From an uncultured bacterium (GTDB lineage: Bacteria > Krumholzibacteriota > Krumholzibacteriia > LZORAL124-64-63): a DNA stretch of 64,000 nt. Below, piece after piece: positions 31,763 through 40,890 of the stretch (position 1 is the first letter of the stretch; every line of letters starts with the position of its first letter). Both the position numbers and the translations under genes were made by a program. The stretch is from contig CAVSGO010000006.1 in NCBI GenBank assembly GCA_963727525.1, positions 224,001 to 288,000 of the forward strand, given 5' to 3'. Below the pieces are notes generated by a model. It did not search any database. It had not been told where the DNA came from and was given only the letters and a program-made list of their open reading frames with translations.

Positions 31763-33481
31763 ATGAATGACTTCAAAAGATTTCGACGAATTGCGCTACC
31801 CTGCGCGCTTGCCTTGCTCCCCTTGGTCTCGTTCCCCGTAGCCGCGAAGGATCGGGACCAGGTCCCGGCGAGGTTTCAGAACGAGGTCCCTGACGACCCC
31901 TACATTGCATCTCCCCTTGCGGAACATCCGAGGTCTCCCGCCACGCGATTCTCCCGAGATTCATTCTTCGTCGTCCAGGTGAACGTCGATGCTCTCGGGC
32001 AGAACATCGTGGGCGACGCCGCCAATGAGCCGTCCCTTGCCGTGGATCCCACCGATCCGGACAAGATGGTGATCGGCTGGCGGCAGTTTGACACCGTCGC
32101 GAGCAATTTCCGCCAGGCAGGGAACGCTTATAGCACGGACGGAGGCCAGACCTGGACATTCCCCGGGGTGATCGAGCCGGGGGTCTTTCGCTCCGATCCC
32201 GTCCTGGATTCGGACTCGGAGGGAAGGATCTACTACAACAGCCTCACCCTCGAGGGCAGCGACTACCTCTGCGACGTCTTCCGTTCCACTGAAGCCGGCA
32301 TGCCCTGGGATTCCGGAACTTCGGCCCACGGAGGCGACAAGCAGTGGATGGTGATCGACAAGACCGGTGGCGTCGGCGATGGTAATATCTACGCTTTCTG
32401 GACCAGCTTCTACAGCAGTTGCATCCCCGGCTTTTTCACGCGGTCCACGGATGGCGGCGACTCGTACGAATCCTGCACCCAGATTCCCGATGAGCCATAC
32501 TGGGGTTCGCTCGCGGTGGCGCCCGGTAGCGGATTTAATCCGAGCGGCACGCTCTACGTCGTCGGAGCGTACAATAACGATTTCGTCGTGGCGCGCTCCA
32601 CCAACGCCCGCTATGCCGGGCAAGCGATCGTGTGGGACCTGTCGACCGTCGTCAGTCTCGGCGGCTACGCCGATTCATTTGGCGGCCCCAATCCCGAGGG
32701 CCTGCTCGGACAGGCAGGCATCGCCACCATTCCCAGCGCGAGTCCCCAGGGCCACGCGGTCTGCGTGCTGTGCTCGGTGAACCCGCCGGGGTCCGACCCA
32801 CTGGACGTGATGTTCACTCGCAGCACCGATGGCGGGGCCACCTGGAGTACACCGGTCCGCGTGAACGACGATTCGGGCAACGCATGGCAGTGGCTCGGGA
32901 CGATGTCGACCAGCCCCTCCGGGCGGATCGATGCCGTCTGGCTCGACACGCGCGACAATCCGGGCACCTATCTGTCTTCCCTCTACTACTCCTATTCTAC
33001 TGACAGTGGGGTGACCTGGTCCGCGAACGAGCGGCTGTCGGATGCGTTCAATCCGCAGATCGGATATCCGAACCAGGACAAGATGGGCGACTACTTCCAG
33101 ATGGTTTCCGACGACGCGGGTTTTCGTCTGGCCTGGGCTGCGACTTTCAACGGCGAAGAGGACGTCTACTTCGGCCACAAGACCCTGGGAGTCACCGCGG
33201 CCGGTGAGACGCGCCCCGCGTCGCTCGTCCTCATGGAGGCCGACCCGAACCCGTTCAACTCGAGCACCACGATCCGCTACGACATTCCCCGCGACGCCTT
33301 CGTCACCCTGTCGGTCTACGACATGCGCGGGCGGAAGATCGCCGCGCTGGTATCGAGCGAACAGCCGGCGGGATCACACGAGGCGCGTTTCGACGATCGA
33401 GCCCTCGCCAGCGGTGTCTACTTCTGCCGCCTGAGCGCGGGCGAGTCCCACGGCGCGAAGAAGCTCCTGATCGTGAAGTAG
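31763..33481 (+). CDS. Secreted BNR/Asp-box (sialidase-like) protein with T9SS-type C-terminal domain
   Basis: Repeats YSTDGGQTW, RSTDGGDSY, RSTDGGATW, YSTDSGVTW; GDKQW; GDY; C-terminal PNPFNSSTTIRY...LASGVYFCRL...KKLLIVK. Confidence 0.85.
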   Translation: MNDFKRFRRIALPCALALLPLVSFPVAAKDRDQVPARFQNEVPDDPYIASPLAEHPRSPATRFSRDSFFVVQVNVDALGQNIVGDAANEPSLAVDPTDPDKMVIGWRQFDTVASNFRQAGNAYSTDGGQTWTFPGVIEPGVFRSDPVLDSDSEGRIYYNSLTLEGSDYLCDVFRSTEAGMPWDSGTSAHGGDKQWMVIDKTGGVGDGNIYAFWTSFYSSCIPGFFTRSTDGGDSYESCTQIPDEPYWGSLAVAPGSGFNPSGTLYVVGAYNNDFVVARSTNARYAGQAIVWDLSTVVSLGGYADSFGGPNPEGLLGQAGIATIPSASPQGHAVCVLCSVNPPGSDPLDVMFTRSTDGGATWSTPVRVNDDSGNAWQWLGTMSTSPSGRIDAVWLDTRDNPGTYLSSLYYSYSTDSGVTWSANERLSDAFNPQIGYPNQDKMGDYFQMVSDDAGFRLAWAATFNGEEDVYFGHKTLGVTAAGETRPASLVLMEADPNPFNSSTTIRYDIPRDAFVTLSVYDMRGRKIAALVSSEQPAGSHEARFDDRALASGVYFCRLSAGESHGAKKLLIVK

Positions 33482-33577
33482 TCGCGGGCGCAGGTGCTGA
33501 CGGTAGGGCAGGTGATCCGTCCTTCCAGCACGAAGGATGGGTCATAGACGCCGCAGTGGCGACTCGGGAGGCGGCCA

Positions 33578-34909
33578 CTAGCGAGAAGGTGCGTTGCCGA
33601 TCGCCAGGACCGCGAGTTCTTCCTCGAGGCGGTCACTGAGTTCGCCATACGACTTCGCGCCGTGGTACAGCTTGCCGTTGAAGAAGATCCCCGGAGTGGC
33701 CGTGACGCCGAGATCGATGCCCCGCATCTTCTCGGCGCGAATCCGGTCAAGCAGCGTCTTATCGGCGAGATCAGCTGTGAAACGCCGCGCGTCGAGCGGG
33801 ATCGTCTTGGCCAGCTTGGTGATCTCCTTCTTGAACAGCCTGTTCTGGTTGGCGAAGAGCAAGTCGTGCATCTCCCAGAACTTGCCCTGGCGAGCGGCGG
33901 CCAGCGCCGCGGTGGCCGCCGTGATGGCCTGCGCGTGCGTCTTGATCGGGAAGTTCTCGAAGTAGACCACGACCTTGCCCGGCATCTCGGCAACGAGGCG
34001 CTCGAGGGCCTTGTCGGCGACCCTGCAGTACGGACACTGGAAATCGGCGAAGACCACGACGCGCACGGGCGCGGCCGGATCGCCGAGCGGATCGAGTCCG
34101 CTCGTGTCGATCGTCTTCACCTCGGGCGGGAAAGCGGAGATCTTCCGCTCGTGCAACCCTTCACTGATCTTCTCGGTCGAGTCGCCGGACAGGAGGCGGC
34201 GCACGATGAACGCGGCCAAGCGGAGCGGGCCATCATTCGTCGGCGCCTTCTTCAGGCAGTCGGTGATCGTCCCCTCGCAGCCGTAGTAACACTGCGTGGT
34301 GTCGAAGAACGCGGTCGCGATCTTTTTCTGCGAATCGGACAGGGACCCGCCCATGGGAATCTGCCGCCACGGGATTCCGCCCGCCCGCGCCGGCGCGCTG
34401 GCCAGGGCCATCCCGAGCAGCACGAGGACGACCGGCGCACCTCGCCGCGCGGCGCCGAGAACCCGGTCGAGCCCCAGCCGACCGCGATCGCGCCAGGCGA
34501 CGAGCAACGCACCGACGAGCCAGGCACCGTCGCGCAGCAGGGTTCGAGTCCCGATCTCGGCCGCGGCCTGCTGCGACGAGAAGCAGCCGCACGACATCTG
34601 GAACCCCCGCGCGATGGCCGATCCGATCGCCCCGGTGAAGACGACGAGCAGCCCGGCCACTACCAGGGCCGCGGCCCGGGTCCACACGCCGAGCACGAGA
34701 GCCAGACCCACGACGATCTCGATCCACGGCAACACGATCGCCAGTGCATTGACCGCCCCCAGCGGCAGGATCCGGTAGGTCGCGACCGAGAGCGCGAATG
34801 CGTAGGGCTGGAGGATCTTGAACCAGGCCGCCGCGACGAACACGAGACCGAGATAGACCCGCACGGCGGCGAGCAGGACCTGCACGCTACGATCATCCCC
34901 GCGCGTCAT
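33578..34909 (-). CDS. MauE/DoxX membrane domain fused to a DsbA-like thioredoxin domain
   Basis: RVYLGLVFVAAAWFKI, LPWIEIVVG, SCGCF; then CYYGCEGTITDC; FADFQCPYC and GVTATP. Confidence 0.82.
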   Translation of the reverse strand: MTRGDDRSVQVLLAAVRVYLGLVFVAAAWFKILQPYAFALSVATYRILPLGAVNALAIVLPWIEIVVGLALVLGVWTRAAALVVAGLLVVFTGAIGSAIARGFQMSCGCFSSQQAAAEIGTRTLLRDGAWLVGALLVAWRDRGRLGLDRVLGAARRGAPVVLVLLGMALASAPARAGGIPWRQIPMGGSLSDSQKKIATAFFDTTQCYYGCEGTITDCLKKAPTNDGPLRLAAFIVRRLLSGDSTEKISEGLHERKISAFPPEVKTIDTSGLDPLGDPAAPVRVVVFADFQCPYCRVADKALERLVAEMPGKVVVYFENFPIKTHAQAITAATAALAAARQGKFWEMHDLLFANQNRLFKKEITKLAKTIPLDARRFTADLADKTLLDRIRAEKMRGIDLGVTATPGIFFNGKLYHGAKSYGELSDRLEEELAVLAIGNAPSR

Positions 34910-35421
34910 GGCGTGCTTCCTTCCAGGGCGATGCTCGCGCCAGCATCGCGCAAAGCGGTGAGGTCGCCCTCGACCCAGAGGACACCCACCACATCGTGGG
35001 TGGCCAGCTCGTCCGCGAGCGCATGTCCGGTTCCTTCGGCCCCGTAGACGAGGATCCGGCTCGCGTGGGTGGCCCGGATGGCCGCCAGCGAGGTGTCGGT
35101 CACCGACAGCAATGGATCGAACGGGACGTTGAGGGCACCCCTGACGTGGGCGCGCTCGAAGGCGGCGGTCGCACTGGCATCGACGAACACGGACTGGCCT
35201 GACCGGAGCAGGGCCGCGCTCGCCGTGATCACACCGGCGGTGGCCGTCGTCTCGGGACAGTCGTGCAGGATCGCGTAAGGCTCCCGCGCGGTCCACGGCA
35301 ACGGACCAGGGCGCAGCGCGTTGAACACCAGACCGATCAGTGCCGGCAACGCGACGAGCAACCCGACTCGCCATCCGAGCGGCACCTGGCGTCGGCCTGC
35401 CGCGGCTCGAAGTTCAGACAT
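34906..35421 (-). CDS. Membrane-anchored rhodanese-like domain protein
   Basis: GLVFNALRP, FVDAS...FERAHVRGALNVP, VLWVEGDL; active-site loop reads VYG, with no Cys. Confidence 0.78.
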   Translation of the reverse strand: MSELRAAAGRRQVPLGWRVGLLVALPALIGLVFNALRPGPLPWTAREPYAILHDCPETTATAGVITASAALLRSGQSVFVDASATAAFERAHVRGALNVPFDPLLSVTDTSLAAIRATHASRILVYGAEGTGHALADELATHDVVGVLWVEGDLTALRDAGASIALEGSTP

Positions 35422-35578
35422 GCAAGGCTCCTTGCCGGAATCCCTTCACGACCGGCCACCACCGCGAAGATATGCACTGATGGACCGCTCGACAATGCAA
35501 GGTCACGGCCTGGGCGGACCTGTTGCCTGGACATCTTTGCAAGTGTTGTTGAATACGACGTTGTCGAATATCCGCCGG

Positions 35579-37408
35579 CTACCGCCGATCCACCTGCGCC
35601 AGCGCGCGGAATGCCGGGCTTGCGGCAAGCAGGTCGTCGTAGCGCCCGTGGGCCACGATCCGGCCGCGGTCCAGCACATAGATCACGTCGCAGCCGCGGA
35701 CCGTCGTCAGGCGGTGCGCGATCATGATCACGGTCTTGCTTCGGGCGATGCGGTGGACGGCGTCGAAGATCGCGTCCTCGGTGACGCCGTCGAGCGCGCT
35801 GGTGGCCTCGTCGAGCACGAGGACGGCGGGGTCTTCGTAGAGGGCGCGGGCGATGCCGAGCCTTTGACGCTGGCCACCCGAGAGGCGTAGGCCGCGCTCG
35901 CCGATCACCGTGTCGTACCCCGCGGGCAGCTCGTCGACCACGAAGTCGTGGATGTTGGCGAGCTGCGCTGCGCGCTCGACCGCGGCGAGATCCATGTCGG
36001 CCGGGCGCACGCCGAGGGCGATGTTCGCGGCCACCGTATCGTCCGCGAGGAAGATCTGTTGCGGCACGTAGCCGATGTTCATCTGCCACCGGGGAACCGT
36101 GGCCCCATCGACGGTGACGCCGTCGACGGTCAGCGTGCCGCGGGTCGGTGCGAGCAGGCCGAGCAGGATGTCGACCGTGGTCGTCTTGCCCGAGCCCGTC
36201 GGCCCCACGAACGCGACCGTTGCGCCCGCCTCGATCGCGAGGTCGAATCCCTCGAGGACAGGATGCGAGCCGGTGGGGTAGTGAAAGGCGACGTCGTGCA
36301 GCTCGATGCGATCCTGGAAGGGGAGCGGATCGAGGCGGCTACGGTCGGTCACGTGCCGGCTGCGCCGATCCGCCAGGTCGGCGTAGACCTGCGCGAGCGC
36401 CGGCCCGTTGAACCGGATCGTGGCCATGGCGCCGAACACCGACTGCAACGCCGGCAGCAGGCGGTAGATCGCGAATCCGTAAAGGCCCAGCACCGGCAGG
36501 ACCTTCGAGAGGTTCTCGCCTCGCGCGAGCAGGAATATCACCAGGAAGAGCAAGCCACCGAATGCCACCGTCTCGAGCGCGTAGCGCGGCAACTGCGCCA
36601 CGACCTGCTGCGTGGCCAGCGCCCGCGAGTACCGGTGCGATCCTCGCGTGTAACGGCGTAGGAAGAGCTGTTCGCGGCCGAGCAGCTTGATGTCCTTGAC
36701 CCCGGTGAGCACCTCGTTCGCGGCCTTGAACATGGCGCCCTGCGCGGCGGCGCGGTCCTCCCCAAGCCGTTTGAGGCGGCGGCGGATGACGACGAAGATC
36801 ACGAGGTAAGCGCCCGACAGCAGCACGAGCACGGTGCCAGCGAGCAGAGGATTGGCCGCGACCAGCAGGCCGAGGATGAACGCGACCACGGTCGAGCGGG
36901 ACACGAGCTCCATCATCGGCAGGATGTAGCCCGTGACCGCCTGTCGGACCTCGGAGAATATCGTCTTGACCAGCGTCGACGTGTTGTGGTCGAGGAAAAA
37001 CGCGTATGGCCGCGCGAGGTACTGCTCGAGCAGCCTCAGGCCGAGCACGTGGTTGAGCCGCCACGAGAAGCGCAGCATCAGCCAATCCGAGAGCGCGCTG
37101 AGCGTGTTGGTGACCACGAGCACCACCAGCGCGAGGATGCCGGTGAAGATGAGGAACCGCGTGTGGGTGGTGAACCCGAACGTCTGGTAGGCCCAGTGCA
37201 ACCAGCGATTGCGTTCGATGATGTCCGGGTTGGCGACCAGGGTGAGGAAGGGTAGCACAGAGGCGATGCCGGCCACCTGCAGGATCGCCGTCACCGTGAA
37301 CGCAGGCAAGAGCATCAGCACGATGCGGCGCTCACGCCGGTCGAAGAGCGACCAGGCCATCCGCAGGTGGGACGGCGACTGTGCGACGGAACGATCGGAC
37401 CCGGCCAT
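35579..37408 (-). CDS. ABC exporter, fused permease/ATPase (PglK-like glycan flippase type)
   Basis: GPTGSGKTT, LSGGQRQRLGIARAL, LVLDEATSALD, IAHRL; N-terminal GIASVLPFL plus external helix. Confidence 0.9.
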   Translation of the reverse strand: MAGSDRSVAQSPSHLRMAWSLFDRRERRIVLMLLPAFTVTAILQVAGIASVLPFLTLVANPDIIERNRWLHWAYQTFGFTTHTRFLIFTGILALVVLVVTNTLSALSDWLMLRFSWRLNHVLGLRLLEQYLARPYAFFLDHNTSTLVKTIFSEVRQAVTGYILPMMELVSRSTVVAFILGLLVAANPLLAGTVLVLLSGAYLVIFVVIRRRLKRLGEDRAAAQGAMFKAANEVLTGVKDIKLLGREQLFLRRYTRGSHRYSRALATQQVVAQLPRYALETVAFGGLLFLVIFLLARGENLSKVLPVLGLYGFAIYRLLPALQSVFGAMATIRFNGPALAQVYADLADRRSRHVTDRSRLDPLPFQDRIELHDVAFHYPTGSHPVLEGFDLAIEAGATVAFVGPTGSGKTTTVDILLGLLAPTRGTLTVDGVTVDGATVPRWQMNIGYVPQQIFLADDTVAANIALGVRPADMDLAAVERAAQLANIHDFVVDELPAGYDTVIGERGLRLSGGQRQRLGIARALYEDPAVLVLDEATSALDGVTEDAIFDAVHRIARSKTVIMIAHRLTTVRGCDVIYVLDRGRIVAHGRYDDLLAASPAFRALAQVDRR

Positions 37409-37546
37409 GGTCGCGAAACCCTCTCGCCGACGCGGAGAATTCCGCCACGCGCGTTCGCGCGCGGCGGGCATTCAGCCTAAGCGCGGACGATCGATTCGGC
37501 CAGTGGAGGCGCGCCCGCCACCCGTCGAGGCCGGCCAATCGTCGAG

Positions 37547-37960
37547 CTAGTCGCGCAGTTTCCACACGTCCAGCACGATGACCCACATTCGCGTTTTCAC
37601 GCGGTCCAGGTTCCTCGCCCGGGGACGCGTGGCCCTGTCGTGGCGCACCTGTACCGCGCCTGCGATCTGGTCCACGCGCGGCTGTAGGCGAGGTCCAGCG
37701 ACCACCCGGCGGTGACCCGACGCCCGCATGCCGCACCCGTTCCCAGATATCCGGGCTGCAGACCGGCTCTCCCTGCTCATTTGTGTATCACAAGTTGCTC
37801 ATGTCCCGATACGTGTCGAGTGGCGACCAGCCGTACTGCAGACCGATACCACCGTACGCGACGGTCAACTCGCGAGCGTCAAGGAAGATGTCGTTTGCGA
37901 GACCGACGGCGAGCTGGCTATGGAAGTCGTGATAGCCGACGCCGGTCGGCGAGGTTGTCG
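37547..37960 (-). pseudogene. Degraded outer-membrane beta-barrel gene remnant, possibly PorV/PorQ-like
   Basis: HSQLAVGLANDIFL...YGGIGLQYG...DMSNL*YTNEQGEPV...WER..AGVG with in-frame stop and frameshifts; resemblance from memory only. Confidence 0.35.
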
Positions 37961-38142
37961 ACGTTGCCGCCGGTCGATAGGCTCGTATGCAGGCCGCGCC
38001 GCGGGGCCAAGGCGACGATGCGTGCATCATGGGCATGTTGTCACGGATGTCTCCGCGTGGATACGAGTGGCCGACCCCGGCGACCTTGCGTAGGAGTGTT
38101 GTTTGAGAGACCGACCCTGCCGCCGCCACCAGGAGACCGCTC

Positions 38143-39210
38143 ATGAGCCTTTCCACCGATCAGATCCGGGAGTTGCTGGGCGATCAGGCCGATGCCCTGC
38201 TGAACTTCGCCGAGCCGAAGATCGACCACGCCCTGCTCCACCAGCCCGGTCCGGATTTCATCGACCGAGTCTGGCGCGACTCCGATCGAACCGTGCCCGT
38301 GCTGCGCAGCCTGCAGGGACTGTGGGACCATGGCCGGCTCGGGGGGACGGGCTACCTCTCGATCCTGCCGGTGGATCAGGGTATCGAGCATTCGGCCGGC
38401 GCGAGCTTCGCACCCAATCCCATCTACTTCGACCCGGCGAAGATCGTGGAACTGGCGCTCGAGGCGGGGTGCAACGCCGTGGCCTCCACGCTCGGCGTGC
38501 TCGGCGCGGTTGCGCGACGCTACGCGCATCGCATCCCGTTCATCGTGAAGCTCAACCACAACGAGCTGCTGACGTACCCAAATACCTACGATCAGATCCC
38601 CTTCGCACGGGTCGAGCAGGCGTTCGACATGGGAGCGGTCGCCGTGGGTGCAACGATCTATTTCGGCAGCGAGGAATCGGGGCGGCAGATCCAGGAGGTC
38701 AGCGAGGCCTTCGAGCACGCGCACGAGCTGGGTCTGGCGACCGTCCTGTGGTGCTACACGCGCAACGCGGACTTCAAGAAAGGCGGTGTCGACTACCACG
38801 CCGCCACCGATCTGACAGGTCAGGCGAACCACCTGGGCGTGACGATCCAGGCCGATATCATCAAGCAGAAGCTCCCCGCGCATAACAAGCCGGGCTTCAA
38901 GAATATCGGCTTCGGCAAGACCGATGACCGCATCTACCGGGACCTCGCGAGCGACCACCCGATCGACATGTGCCGTTACCAGGTTGCCAACTGCTACATG
39001 GGCCGCTGTGGCCTGATCAACTCCGGCGGCGCCAGTAGCGGCGCCAGCGACACCGCCGACGCCGTCCTCACGGCCGTGGTCAACAAGCGAGCCGGCGGCA
39101 TGGGACTGATCATGGGCCGCAAGGCATTCCAACGTCCCATGCCGGACGGCGTGGCGATCATCCAGGCCGTGCAGGATGTCTATCGCGACGGGAATATTAC
39201 CGTGGCGTGA
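38143..39210 (+). CDS. fbaB: Class I fructose-bisphosphate aldolase (FbaB/DhnA)
   Basis: [62 protein letters not shown]. Confidence 0.96.
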   Translation: MSLSTDQIRELLGDQADALLNFAEPKIDHALLHQPGPDFIDRVWRDSDRTVPVLRSLQGLWDHGRLGGTGYLSILPVDQGIEHSAGASFAPNPIYFDPAKIVELALEAGCNAVASTLGVLGAVARRYAHRIPFIVKLNHNELLTYPNTYDQIPFARVEQAFDMGAVAVGATIYFGSEESGRQIQEVSEAFEHAHELGLATVLWCYTRNADFKKGGVDYHAATDLTGQANHLGVTIQADIIKQKLPAHNKPGFKNIGFGKTDDRIYRDLASDHPIDMCRYQVANCYMGRCGLINSGGASSGASDTADAVLTAVVNKRAGGMGLIMGRKAFQRPMPDGVAIIQAVQDVYRDGNITVA

Positions 39211-39285
39211 TGGCGAGTCGTGTGGTTGAGATTCAAGGGGTGGAGCATCGACGGACTCGCCATCCCGATCACCTTCACTCGCCGA

Positions 39286-39758
39286 CTAGGGCTTCTCGTC
39301 GGAAATATTAGGCTCGTCGTTGCTCTTGTAGCGGTGGACGATCGTGAATTCGCCGTCGCTCTGGTCCGAGATGACGTCGCCGTTCGCGAAGACGGTCGTG
39401 ACTTGCACGTAGCAGTGCTCATCCGTCCAGTTTCCCGGGTCGATCGTCACATGGAGGAAGCCATTCCCGTTCGCTTCGACGGATGCGCCGGCCTCGAGCA
39501 CCCATAGTACGCCATCGGACAAGAGGTAGACGTTCGACGTGCTCAGGTCCACGTCGGTACCCGCCACGTGCCAGAGTATGTTGAAGCCGGTCGGATTGGT
39601 GTAGGACTCGCCGCCGTTCGGGGTGACGACCGTCACACCGTTCCCGGTGAGCGGAAGCGCGTTCGCGCCATCGTCGCTCGCGACGGATGCCGCCAGGGCT
39701 GTACTTGCGACGTCAACATGGCGAGCATGGACACAAGGATCGTTGCGGATCGCTTCAT
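39286..39758 (-). pseudogene. Secreted Ig-like protein (PNGGE motif) with a 1-nt frameshift in the signal peptide
   Basis: AAGGAG SD, then MKRSATILVSMLAMLT, frame change ~39710, then ASTALAAS...VTVVTPNGGE...ISDQSDGEFTI. Confidence 0.65.
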
Positions 39759-39933
39759 CGATGGTTGCTCCTTGAAGGAGGTGGGAAGTGGACAGCGACA
39801 CCTCCAGAACGTCAGGGGTGGCGTGGATTCAAGGCGGAAACGGCGGACTCCGTCTCGGGCCATCTTCTCCCTGTCGCGCCGCCCGACTTTGGCTATGTTT
39901 GGCCGCAACCGGGACGAGCCCAAGGAGATGAGC

Positions 39934-40797
39934 ATGAGCGCGACGCTGTCCGACCTCACGGGTGTGAGTTACGCCGACCTGACGACTGCTTTCAACCAGA
40001 TCTTCGCCGACTACAGCCTCACGTCCGAACGCAAGGACGAGACCTGGCTGCGCAACCGATTGATCAAGAATGCCTACTCGGCGGAGTGCAGTGTCGGTGC
40101 CTATATCGAGGGGCGACTCGTCGGGTACATGCTCAATGGGGTGGCCGACTGGCGCGGTGATCGCATCGGCTTCGCGGCGGCCGTGGGCATCGTGCCGCGG
40201 TACCGGGGCCAGGGCATCGCCGGGCAGATGTTCGCGTTCGTGGAGCCGCACCTGCGGGAGCATTCGGTGCAGCACCACCTGCTCGAGGTGGTCGCCACGA
40301 ATCAGCCGGCCGTCGACGCCTACGAGAAGGCGGGCTTTGCGATCAGCCGCGAATTCGCGTGCTTCGAGCTGGCGCTGCCGCGCGAGCGGCCGGGCGGCCC
40401 GTCCGATCCGGGACTCTTCGTCATGGGCAAGGAGGCGCTCGAGCCCTTCGAGGATCAACGGAGCTGGGTGCCGTCCTGGGAGAACAGTTTCGCCTCGATC
40501 CGGCGCATCCCCGATCAGGTCTTCATCATGGCGGCCATCGAGGACAACCGGCCTGCCGGTCTGCTCGTGTACTATCCCACCCTCAACTGGTTGATGAGCA
40601 TCATCGTACGCCGCGAGTACCGGGGGCGAGGCGTGGGCAACCGGCTCATGCAGGAACTGCTACGCCGCCTGCCGGCGTCTCACGAGCGGATCCGGGCGCT
40701 CAACTGCCCACGCGACGATAAGGGTCTGATCGGGTTCTTCGAGCGGCTGGGGTTCGTGGAGTTCGCCAGCCAGTACGAGATGACGCGCGCGCTCTAG
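39934..40797 (+). CDS. Tandem GNAT family N-acetyltransferase
   Basis: AFNQIFADY; two acetyl-CoA motifs (PRYRGQGIA, REYRGRGVG); LEVVATNQPA, YEKAGF; AAGGAG SD. Confidence 0.9.
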   Translation: MSATLSDLTGVSYADLTTAFNQIFADYSLTSERKDETWLRNRLIKNAYSAECSVGAYIEGRLVGYMLNGVADWRGDRIGFAAAVGIVPRYRGQGIAGQMFAFVEPHLREHSVQHHLLEVVATNQPAVDAYEKAGFAISREFACFELALPRERPGGPSDPGLFVMGKEALEPFEDQRSWVPSWENSFASIRRIPDQVFIMAAIEDNRPAGLLVYYPTLNWLMSIIVRREYRGRGVGNRLMQELLRRLPASHERIRALNCPRDDKGLIGFFERLGFVEFASQYEMTRAL

Positions 40798-40890
40798 GCC
40801 GGCTACGCTTTTTCAGCTAAGTGATACCACGCGTTCTGCCGATCCTCCCGGGGAATCCTGAACCGCCCGGGGACGGACAAGGAGCGTGGT

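Noticed and set aside
37750-37790. Selenocysteine read-through at the in-frame TGA (minus strand)
   Set aside because: Only a weak GCAG/CTGC hairpin, no redox-motif context, and further frameshifts nearby; a nonsense mutation is simpler.
37781-37793. TTGTG-TAT-CACAA palindrome as a Rex/CRP operator
   Set aside because: Spacing does not match either consensus and it lies 350 bp from fbaB.
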